From positions 1 through 44,430 of the forward strand of contig JBBILD010000028.1 in NCBI GenBank assembly GCA_037445065.1: a stretch of DNA of 44,430 bases, in the 5' to 3' direction. A program made the translations under genes and the position numbers. Shown here piece by piece: positions 36,817-44,430 of this stretch. This stretch comes from Myxococcales bacterium. Its GTDB lineage: Bacteria; Desulfobacterota; Binatia; HRBIN30. The notes under the pieces are model-generated. The model did not search any database, had not been told where the DNA came from, and saw nothing but the letters and a program-made list of their open reading frames with translations. The first letter of the stretch is position 1; each line of letters begins with the position of its first letter.

Positions 36817-39411
36817 GTGAAACGTTTCGACTTTGTTTTGCCCTACCCGCGGCGACTCGCTGCCTGCGGCCTGCTCCTACTGGTCGGGCTCGCGCTGGTT
36901 CAGGCGGCTTGGGCGCAAACCCGCCGGCCGACTCGTACACCCACGCCTACGCGCACGTTGCGTGGTGGTGTCACCGCAACGCCCAGCCGAACCCCTAGCG
37001 AGCAGCCGACTCCTCCGCCGCCATCCGCAACCCCACCAAGCCCCACTGCAACCTTTGCGTTTACCGGCTCGCCAGCTACGCCCACGGCCACAGCAACTCC
37101 AACCCCGCTCCCCTTCGGCTCACCAGTGTCCTTTCGCTCGGCGACCGAGCTCAACGTCGGGCACCTGTTGAGCAGCATCGCCGCTGGCAACGTGGATCCC
37201 CAGGCTTCTGGGGGCGAGCATCTGGACGTTGTGGTCGCCGACGAGACGGGCGTGGTACGCTGGCTTCAGGGCCGCGGCGGGGGAGCATTTCGCACCCGCC
37301 CGAACTTGGCCGTGACTGGGAGGCCGCGAACCGTGGTGGTCCAAGATCTCACCGGCGATGGGTTCCCTGACATCGTCAGTGCGAGCGCGGAATCCGGCAC
37401 CGTTGCGCTGTTCACCGGCCGCGGTGACGGCACGTTCACGGGCCCGATCGAAATCGCGGCAGTTCAAGACCCGCGCGCTACGGTCGTGCTCGACGATCTG
37501 GTCGCGGTAACCGATGCGGCAACGAACCGGGTCGTCCTCCTGCGCGCCGACCCGAGCGCAACGCTGTCCATCGCCGGCGACCTAGAGGTGGCTGCGGAAC
37601 CCCGCGCACTGGCAAGCGGTGACTTGGACGGGGATGGTGCGCTGGATCTGGCTGTCGGGAACGGCGCGGGTGCCAGCGTCCTGCTGTTGCGGCGCAGCGG
37701 CGATACCTTCGTACCGACGGCGACCATCCCTGTGGGAACTGCGGTGTCAGCGGTCGCGCTCGGTGATGTCAATGCGGATGGACGTGCCGACTTGATCGTA
37801 GCTGAAGAGGCCGGAGGTCTCGCCGTGTTTGCCAACAACGGCCGCGCCGGTTTTTCTCGCGTGTTTACCGCAACCGTAGGGCCGGAGCCGATTGCCTTGG
37901 CCATTCTCGACGACCGGAGCCCCGGGTTCGAAGGCAATGGAGACGGCCGCGCAGACTTGCTGGTCCTCAACCGAGGCGCGAACGACGTCGCGGTGCTGAA
38001 CGGGTTCGGGGATGGACGTTTCGAAATGTCAGCGCGGCTGGTGGTCGGATCCGAGCCCGTGGGCTTTGCCGTGGGGGACTTTGTAGAAGACGAGACCGGA
38101 GCTGCGGATATCGTCACCGCCAACCGCGGCAGCGCCTCGCTAAGCGTGGTACGCAGCAACGGCGGCGGTTCGTTTCAAGCCGCGCTTTCCTTTGCAACCG
38201 GACCACGTCCCATCGCGGCCCTGAGTGCCGATTTCGACCGTGACGGTTGGCCGGACGTGGTCACCCTGAACGCAGGAGACGGCACTGTTTCCTTTCTCCG
38301 CGGCAACGGGCGCGGGGCGTTGCGCGCACCGGTCTCGGTCGCAGCCCTGCCCGACCCGACCGCAATCGCCGCTGGCGACTTCGACGGTAATGGCTTTCTA
38401 GACTTGGCGGTGACCTCGGCGGATAGCGGCCGTGCGGTCACCCTGCCGAATTCCATTGCTGGCTTCGGCCTCCAACGGCCAGTGGATTTCGGCGGTGCGG
38501 TGGATCGCCTGCGCAGCGCGGACCTAAACGGCGATGGCCTCGACGATCTGGTGGCCATGCAACGCGCGCTGAACCGCGTGGTCTTCGCGTTGAGCCGGGG
38601 CGAAAGCTTCGCCCCGCCACTGGCTCTAGAAATTCCGGGAACGCTGACCGCCATGACCCTTGCCCGCGCGGTCGGGGACAGCAATTGGGACATCGTGATT
38701 GGCACGAGCGACCCACCGGCGGTGGCGGTCTTTCCCGGTGGCGGAGACTTCTTCACAGCGCCCGTCCGAACCGCACTGTCCCTGGCCCCTGAGGACCTGG
38801 TGGTGGACGACTTCATCGTTGATGGAGTGCCGGACGTCGCGGCCATGAGCCGTGCCAATCAGCGGCTGTTTGTTCTTGCCGGCAATGGAGACGGCAGCTT
38901 CACGCGTGTGGAGGACTTGCCCGTGCCAGCATCCGCAACCGGCTTGGTGGCTGCCGACTTCAACGGCAATGGAGCTGCGGATCTGGCTCTCGCGGTGCCG
39001 TCTTCGGACCGTATCGTCGTGTTTGCCGGCACGGGTTTCGGTCAGTTTTTGCGTTCGGACTTCGCAGTCGGCCGGGGGCCGAACGACATCTTGGTGGCCA
39101 ATCTGAACGTGGTGTTGGATGCAACGGGCGGACTTCCCGAGCTGCTCACCGCCAATGCGGACGCCAACACGGTCACAGTGCTGCGCAACAATTCTCGGGC
39201 AACCGCCCTGCCCTTTACGCCGACGCCCACCGTGGGTCCCGGGACTCCGACGCCGCGCGAGCCGCCGAGCCCGATCCCAACTCCCACCCGGCGACCCCGT
39301 TCGTCCGGGAGTAGCGGTGGTTGCCAAGTCAATCCCGCTCGCTGGTCCACCCCGTATTTGGCGATCGGACTTTTGCTTGGCACCTGGCTGCGTCGCAAGC
39401 GGAGTTCATAG
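36817..39411 (+). CDS. Surface protein with ~14 FG-GAP/VCBS-type repeats, Pro/Thr linkers and a MYXO-CTERM-like sorting tail
   Basis: Signal peptide (AAWA); repeated DxDGDGxxD motifs; C-terminus SSGSSGGC...YLAIGLLLGTWLRRKRSS. Confidence 0.88.
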   Translation: MKRFDFVLPYPRRLAACGLLLLVGLALVQAAWAQTRRPTRTPTPTRTLRGGVTATPSRTPSEQPTPPPPSATPPSPTATFAFTGSPATPTATATPTPLPFGSPVSFRSATELNVGHLLSSIAAGNVDPQASGGEHLDVVVADETGVVRWLQGRGGGAFRTRPNLAVTGRPRTVVVQDLTGDGFPDIVSASAESGTVALFTGRGDGTFTGPIEIAAVQDPRATVVLDDLVAVTDAATNRVVLLRADPSATLSIAGDLEVAAEPRALASGDLDGDGALDLAVGNGAGASVLLLRRSGDTFVPTATIPVGTAVSAVALGDVNADGRADLIVAEEAGGLAVFANNGRAGFSRVFTATVGPEPIALAILDDRSPGFEGNGDGRADLLVLNRGANDVAVLNGFGDGRFEMSARLVVGSEPVGFAVGDFVEDETGAADIVTANRGSASLSVVRSNGGGSFQAALSFATGPRPIAALSADFDRDGWPDVVTLNAGDGTVSFLRGNGRGALRAPVSVAALPDPTAIAAGDFDGNGFLDLAVTSADSGRAVTLPNSIAGFGLQRPVDFGGAVDRLRSADLNGDGLDDLVAMQRALNRVVFALSRGESFAPPLALEIPGTLTAMTLARAVGDSNWDIVIGTSDPPAVAVFPGGGDFFTAPVRTALSLAPEDLVVDDFIVDGVPDVAAMSRANQRLFVLAGNGDGSFTRVEDLPVPASATGLVAADFNGNGAADLALAVPSSDRIVVFAGTGFGQFLRSDFAVGRGPNDILVANLNVVLDATGGLPELLTANADANTVTVLRNNSRATALPFTPTPTVGPGTPTPREPPSPIPTPTRRPRSSGSSGGCQVNPARWSTPYLAIGLLLGTWLRRKRSS

Positions 39412-39441
39412 GTTTAGCAACGCCTCTTACCCGTTTCCTGC

Positions 39442-39464
39442 TGTTTCCGCGTTTTCGGAACAGT
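39442..39464 (+). terminator. Possible terminator hairpin after the FG-GAP gene
   Basis: CTGTTTCCG-cgtttt-CGGAACAG; weak U-tract; coordinates approximate. Confidence 0.3.
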
Positions 39465-39614
39465 TGCCGACGGCCCTGAGCCGACGCGAGTATACAGCGC
39501 GGTCGAGCGGCACAAGCACGGGGCTCGCCGCGCCGCACGGCTTGCGGTGCCGCCTGGCCGCACGTACAGTGCAAGCATTGCCACAGAGGCAAAAGATCCC
39601 GAGGAGACCGTACG

Positions 39615-41267
39615 ATGACCCAGCTCGAAGCCGCCCGTAACGGAATTATCACCAAGGAAATGGAGCGAGTTGCCATCCGTGAAAACGTCAGCCCGGAATT
39701 CATTCGCCAAGAAGTGGCGCGTGGCCGACTGGTCATTCCGGCAAATAAGCGGCACCTTGCCGGGAGCGGGGGCACGGCCCCGACGGCAACCAACGGTGCC
39801 GGGCTTTCTTACCCGACCGAGGCCGTGGGGCACCCGGGCGCGCGACCCGACGCGCGGTACTGGGTCAACCAGACGGTGGCGCAGCGCTGGAAGTGGTTGA
39901 ACGATCCGGACTACTTGCGTGGCGAGCGCGCCCCCAAGCGGCTCGATCCTACTGGCATCGGACGCATGATCACCACGAAGATCAACGCCAATATCGGCGC
40001 GTCGCCAGTGCAAAGCAGCTTGGCAAGCGAAGTCGAGAAGTTGCGCTGGGCGCAAAAATACGGGGCGGACACCGTGATGGACCTGTCCACCGGCGGCGAC
40101 CTCGTCGCCTGCCGGCAAGCGATCATTGATCATGCCACAGTGCCCATTGGCACCGTACCGATTTACAGCATGATCCAGGGCCGCAACATCGAGGAGCTGA
40201 CCTACGACGCCATCCTGCGTGAGATCGAGCGGCAGGCCCAACAAGGGGTGGATTACTTCACCATCCACGCAGGGGTCTTGCGCGAACACTTGCAGCTCGT
40301 GCGCAGCCGCCTGACCGGAATCGTGTCGCGGGGCGGCTCGATTCTGGCCAAGTGGATGCTCTACCACAACCGGCAAAACCCGATGTATGAAATGTTCGAT
40401 GAAATCAGCGCCATCATGCGCGAATACGACGTCACCTACTCGTTGGGTGACGGACTGCGCCCTGGTTGTACCGCGGACGCTTCCGATCCAGCGCAGCTTG
40501 CCGAGCTGCACACGTTAGGCGAACTCGTGCACCGGGCGCGGGAAGCAGGCGTGCAGGTTATGGTCGAAGGACCCGGGCATGTTCCGCTGGATCAAGTCGC
40601 TTTCAACATGCAGATCCAGCAACGCATCTGCGATGATGCGCCCTTCTACGTGCTCGGCCCCTTGGTGACGGATGTCTTCCCCGGATACGACCACATCGCC
40701 AGTGCGATCGGTGCAGCAGAAGCGGCCCGCGCTGGCGCCGCGATGCTTTGTTATGTCACGCCAAAGGAGCACGTTGGGTTGCCCCGGGAACAAGACGTCA
40801 AGGACGGCTGCATTGCTTACAAGATCGCGGCCCACGCTGGCGACATCGCGCGGGGGGTCCCGGGCGTCCGCCAGTGGGACGATGACTTGTCTCGCGCCCG
40901 CGCCGCCTTGAACTGGCCCAAGCAATTCGAACTGGCCTTCGATGGGGAGACCGCGCGCGCCCTGCATGACGAGGACCTGCCGGTCGACACGGAATTTTGC
41001 GCCATGTGCGGGCACGACTGGTGCAGCATGCGGATCTCCAAAGAGATCGAGATGTTCGCCAGCGGCAAGGACCCGAGCTTTCAGCCAAAGCGCAAGGCCG
41101 TACGCAGCCCAGGTTTGAACAGCGAGGGCTTAGAGCTGCTCCGGCGGCGGATGAACGCCGTGCCGGTCATCGCTGGCAAACGAGCTTGCCACAGCGAGCA
41201 CACCCCGGAGCGCAGCGCAGCCGAAGCCATCCAAAAGGCGACGATCGAACCAACCGGGGTTAGTTGA
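39615..41267 (+). CDS. thiC: Phosphomethylpyrimidine synthase ThiC, with insertion and C-terminal extension
   Basis: [58 protein letters not shown]. Confidence 0.97.
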   Translation: MTQLEAARNGIITKEMERVAIRENVSPEFIRQEVARGRLVIPANKRHLAGSGGTAPTATNGAGLSYPTEAVGHPGARPDARYWVNQTVAQRWKWLNDPDYLRGERAPKRLDPTGIGRMITTKINANIGASPVQSSLASEVEKLRWAQKYGADTVMDLSTGGDLVACRQAIIDHATVPIGTVPIYSMIQGRNIEELTYDAILREIERQAQQGVDYFTIHAGVLREHLQLVRSRLTGIVSRGGSILAKWMLYHNRQNPMYEMFDEISAIMREYDVTYSLGDGLRPGCTADASDPAQLAELHTLGELVHRAREAGVQVMVEGPGHVPLDQVAFNMQIQQRICDDAPFYVLGPLVTDVFPGYDHIASAIGAAEAARAGAAMLCYVTPKEHVGLPREQDVKDGCIAYKIAAHAGDIARGVPGVRQWDDDLSRARAALNWPKQFELAFDGETARALHDEDLPVDTEFCAMCGHDWCSMRISKEIEMFASGKDPSFQPKRKAVRSPGLNSEGLELLRRRMNAVPVIAGKRACHSEHTPERSAAEAIQKATIEPTGVS

Positions 41268-41292
41268 GACAAACAGACGAGAGGAGTGCCAC

Positions 41293-41769
41293 GTGAGTCG
41301 AGCGAGCATTTTGGCCGCAGCATTGGGTAGCGCGTTGCTTTTCGGTGCCCCCCACGCCGTGCTCGGCGGAGCGGAGGATTGGAACGACGCGAACATCCGC
41401 TGGGTATCGTATGAGAAAGGCTTGGAAGAAGCAAAAACAAGCGGCAAGCCACTCTGCCTCATCTTTTACACGACTTGGTGCCCTCACTGTGCCAATTACG
41501 CCAAGGTGTTCGCCGACCCTCGCGTGGTGGAAAAGAGCAAACAGTTCGTGATGGTGCGAGTAGACGCAGACAAAGAACGGGGGCTCAGCGAGAAATACAA
41601 GCCGGACGGCGCCTACATACCGAGGACGTTCTTTCTTGCCCCGGACGGGCGGTTGGACGAGACCATCACCGCTGGCCGGCCGCAATACAAGTACTTTTAT
41701 GACGAGCACAACCCGGCGGGAATTCTCGCCGGGATGGAGGCCGCCTTGGCCAAACTTGCCCACCGCTGA
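41293..41769 (+). CDS. Exported thioredoxin-fold protein (WCPHC), ERp18/AGR-like
   Basis: Signal peptide; IRW..YEKGLEEAKTSGKP, WCPHC, FVMV, PDGAYIPR, YKYFY; SD GAGGAG. Confidence 0.85.
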   Translation: MSRASILAAALGSALLFGAPHAVLGGAEDWNDANIRWVSYEKGLEEAKTSGKPLCLIFYTTWCPHCANYAKVFADPRVVEKSKQFVMVRVDADKERGLSEKYKPDGAYIPRTFFLAPDGRLDETITAGRPQYKYFYDEHNPAGILAGMEAALAKLAHR

Positions 41770-41827
41770 GTTTTTCCGGTCCGTTTTCGCACTGAAACTG
41801 GGCCCGCGAAAGGAACCAGAAAACGTG

Positions 41828-41858
41828 TTGACAAAGGATGGCGGCTCCGTGTTAGATA
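41828..41858 (+). promoter_or_regulatory. Candidate promoter of the right-hand Cys-rich gene
   Basis: TTGACA-AAGGATGGCGGCTCCGTGT-TAGATA, same architecture as 1581-1611. Confidence 0.45.
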
Positions 41859-41981
41859 CGTCGCTCACAAGAAGGTCTCCATGGCGTTCGGCGTTTGCTA
41901 CCTCCCGCAGTGATCTTTTTTGGGGAGGCAGCGCTGGTGCTAGGGGCCTTCGGAACACGTTCCGGGTCGAGGGAGGGTCTC

Positions 41982-44430
41982 GTGCGAACGGGGGTTGCGA
42001 AGCAGACAGGTCAAGGGCAAGCGAAGCAGCGCCTCTTCCAGCTCGGGCTCTGCGTGGTCTTTATCGCGGCGAATGCCGGGATCTCGAGGGCACAAGGCAT
42101 TTCGGGGCTTTCGATCAGCGATGCGAGCCAAGCAGATTCGCTTACCAATCCCCCCGTGGCCGCGCAGCGCCGCCATCAAGTCACCATCCTTTCTAACTCG
42201 TCCTCTGGATTCAGCGTTCGCTACGGGGCAGTCGTCGGTACGGACACAGAAACCACGGCGGCAGCCTCGATCACTCTCAATTCCGACTACACGCTGAACT
42301 TTTCTGTCACCGCCCCTGGGGGGTACGAACTGACCGTCAACACCCGGCGAACCGGGGCGTTCACCGTGGTGGACGAGGGAGGCGGAGTGGCGCATGCTGA
42401 CATGACCAATATCAACGGCTCCCAAACGGGAGGGGCCTTGGTCAGTGGCTCGCTCGGCTTGCCGGATCCAGGGGTTCTGGAGAGCTTTACCGGGAGCGGC
42501 AATGCACCATTTGATGATAGCAACGTGGGTGTCGTACGAGGACTGAGCAACGGGGTCCCCATTCCGCACACGCTGCGCTTCGTTTGGAGCCAGAGTTGCG
42601 GCAGCGACAATGGCGCCGGGGGTGGCGACGAATGCGCCGTCCGCTTAGGGATGCCCCTCACCTTCAGTGGGCAGACGGCGGGCACCTATCCCGGGGTCGG
42701 AAGCCGCGATGTCAACAACGACGGTCATTTCGTGACTGTGACGTTCACCTCCTTCTGTGGCGACGGAGTCGTGCAACCGCAGGTAGGGGAAGATTGCGAC
42801 CAGGGCGCTGCGGTGAACGGGACATTTGCCTCTTGCTGCACAGCAAACTGCACGTTTAAGTCAGTTGGGACGACTTGCCGGAGTTCGACCGGCGCCTGTG
42901 ACCCAGCGGAGTTCTGCACCGGCACCAGTGCCACCTGTCCCACCGACTCGATCTCTCCAGCCGGAACGATTTGTCGCCCGGCAGCAGGCGTTTGCGATGT
43001 AGCAGAAACGTGCACGGGTACCTCTGTGAACTGCCCGGGGGACGTGAAGTCCACTGCCGTTTGTCGGCCGGCAGCAGGCCCATGCGATGTCGCCGAATCG
43101 TGCGACGGAGTGAGCAACCAATGTCCGGCAGATACCTTTAAGTCCAGCAGCGAGGTCTGCCGCGCCGCATCGGGGCCTTGCGATATCGCTGAGCACTGCC
43201 CGGGGAACGCTGCGAATTGCCCCTCCGATGACTTCCTGCCGGACGAGACGCCGTGCTCTGACGGTGACGCTTGCACCACCAATGACACGTGCGTTGGTGG
43301 CGCGTGCGTGGGAGGGGATCCGCTCGTGTGCGACGCCTGCCAGACCTGTAACCCCTCGCTCGGATGCACCGGCGCGGTGTGCACTGCAACTCCCACCCCG
43401 ACGGATACGGGCACACCCACGCGGACTCCGACCAATACGACCACGCCGGTGCCGACCAACACGTTTACGGTCACCCCGACGCGAACTCCTACACCGACCA
43501 GTACGGCAACCCACACTCCGAGTCTGACCCCGACACGGACGCCGACTCCCACACCCACAGGGCCGTGCGTCTTTGCCGCGCCTTTCAATGAATGCGTCGC
43601 CGGGGGGGGCCGGGCAGCGAGCGACTGCGGAATTGAGTGGTGGATCCGACCGGTACCGCAGCTCGATCGGAAGGGTCGCCCCAAAAATAAGATCATCTGC
43701 TACGAGGGCGATCCGCGCTGCGACCTCGATACGAATCTGACAAACAAGAGCTGCACGATCGCGCCAAGAATCTGTGTCAACAACCAGGATCCCCGGTTCA
43801 CGACGTGCTTCCCCTTCGGCCTGAGTTCGCTCGAAGTGAAAAAGCCACGACCCACTAGTTTGAACCCCGATGACCAAGCAGTCCTACAATCATTGGAATC
43901 CACCTTCGGGAGTGGTGGTTTGGGCCTTGTGATCTGGCGCGGGCGCACACCCACCCCGGGTGCAAATTACACTACGTTGAACCAATGCACTGCCCCGGTG
44001 CCCATCGTGGTCAAGCAAAGAGTCCTGGCATCCGGAGCGGTGCGCCCAGGACGTCGCAGCATCCGGGTGATCGCTACGGACATTTTGGGGACCCGAGAGC
44101 CCGACACGTTGCGATTCGAGTGCCGCGTAAGCACCTGTGGCAACGGTGTGGTCGAAGCCGATCACGAGAACTGTGACGACGGCAACCGCAACGATGGTGA
44201 TGGGTGCGACCGCGGCTGCCAACTCGAAGCGACTCCAACCCCCACACCAACCCAAACGGCAACCTCCACTCCGACGCGCACGTTCACGAACACGCCGACG
44301 GAGAAGCCGACCAACACGCCGACGGCGACGATCACCAACACGCCAGAGGGTCCGACGGTTACTCCGACGGTCACGCAGACCAGGACCAACACGCCCCGTC
44401 CAACCCGTCCTCCGGGAGCGGGTGATGACG
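41982..44430 (+). CDS. Secreted cysteine-rich multidomain protein with disintegrin-like repeats, DUF4215/Myxococcus Cys repeats and Pro/Thr linkers (3' end beyond window)
   Basis: Manual translation: GTG 41982 after SD GGGAGGG; open to the window end. Signal-like LFQLGLCVVFIAANAGISRA; CGDGVVQPQVGEDCDQG; four disintegrin-like repeats; CSDGDACTTNDTC; CGNGVVEADHENCDDGNRNDGDGC; TPTPT tracts. Confidence 0.88.
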   Translation, partial: MRTGVAKQTGQGQAKQRLFQLGLCVVFIAANAGISRAQGISGLSISDASQADSLTNPPVAAQRRHQVTILSNSSSGFSVRYGAVVGTDTETTAAASITLNSDYTLNFSVTAPGGYELTVNTRRTGAFTVVDEGGGVAHADMTNINGSQTGGALVSGSLGLPDPGVLESFTGSGNAPFDDSNVGVVRGLSNGVPIPHTLRFVWSQSCGSDNGAGGGDECAVRLGMPLTFSGQTAGTYPGVGSRDVNNDGHFVTVTFTSFCGDGVVQPQVGEDCDQGAAVNGTFASCCTANCTFKSVGTTCRSSTGACDPAEFCTGTSATCPTDSISPAGTICRPAAGVCDVAETCTGTSVNCPGDVKSTAVCRPAAGPCDVAESCDGVSNQCPADTFKSSSEVCRAASGPCDIAEHCPGNAANCPSDDFLPDETPCSDGDACTTNDTCVGGACVGGDPLVCDACQTCNPSLGCTGAVCTATPTPTDTGTPTRTPTNTTTPVPTNTFTVTPTRTPTPTSTATHTPSLTPTRTPTPTPTGPCVFAAPFNECVAGGGRAASDCGIEWWIRPVPQLDRKGRPKNKIICYEGDPRCDLDTNLTNKSCTIAPRICVNNQDPRFTTCFPFGLSSLEVKKPRPTSLNPDDQAVLQSLESTFGSGGLGLVIWRGRTPTPGANYTTLNQCTAPVPIVVKQRVLASGAVRPGRRSIRVIATDILGTREPDTLRFECRVSTCGNGVVEADHENCDDGNRNDGDGCDRGCQLEATPTPTPTQTATSTPTRTFTNTPTEKPTNTPTATITNTPEGPTVTPTVTQTRTNTPRPTRPPGAGDD
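42876..43229 (+). repeat. Four tandem disintegrin-like Cys repeats
   Basis: CRSSTGACDPAEFCTGTSATCPTD, CRPAAGVCDVAETCTGTSVNCPGD, CRPAAGPCDVAESCDGVSNQCPAD, CRAASGPCDIAEHCPGNAANCPSD. Confidence 0.9.
43383..43560 (+). repeat. Pro/Thr-rich low-complexity linker (a second one at ~44229-44410)
   Basis: TATPTPTDTGTPTRTPTNTTTPVPTNTFTVTPTRTPTPT... Confidence 0.85.

Noticed and set aside
37420..37428. RGD tripeptide in the FG-GAP protein
   Set aside because: It is part of the generic GxGDG turn of the repeat. None of the ten disintegrin-like loops carries RGD either.
43602..43609. G8 tract as a phase-variation site
   Set aside because: It is short, in frame and encodes a Gly-Gly-Gly motif; unremarkable at this GC content without read-level evidence.
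1..44430. Whole window as an invertible or mobile unit bounded by the inverted paralogues
   Set aside because: The paralogues are too diverged at DNA level, no recombinase is present and the interior is housekeeping genes.

Overview
GC-rich bacterial chromosomal window with no mobile element, prophage or CRISPR array. The mix of Pro/Thr-linked Cys-rich exported proteins and a MYXO-CTERM-like tail suggests a Binatota/Myxococcota-like lineage (inference). The core is housekeeping and cofactor metabolism: pncB, photolyase, glgA, lon, tRNA-Ser(UGA), thiS-thiG, alr, purH-purD, pdxJ, tandem thyX, bolA-grxD and thiC. Both window edges carry a large exported Cys-rich gene that the ORF track missed because it runs off the window (1..1476 minus; 41982..44430 plus). 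By my own translation these two are paralogues. They share an unrecognised ~200-aa N-terminal domain, a Myxococcus-type Cys repeat, tandem ADAM-disintegrin-like repeats and a similar promoter motif. The right-hand copy lies directly behind a secreted thioredoxin that closely resembles eukaryotic ERp18/AGR proteins, and near a 14-repeat FG-GAP (integrin-like) surface protein. This candidate eukaryote-like extracellular adhesion and oxidative-folding toolkit is the most interesting signal. Several genes also appear leaderless, and ThiC has an unusual insertion and no TPP riboswitch.
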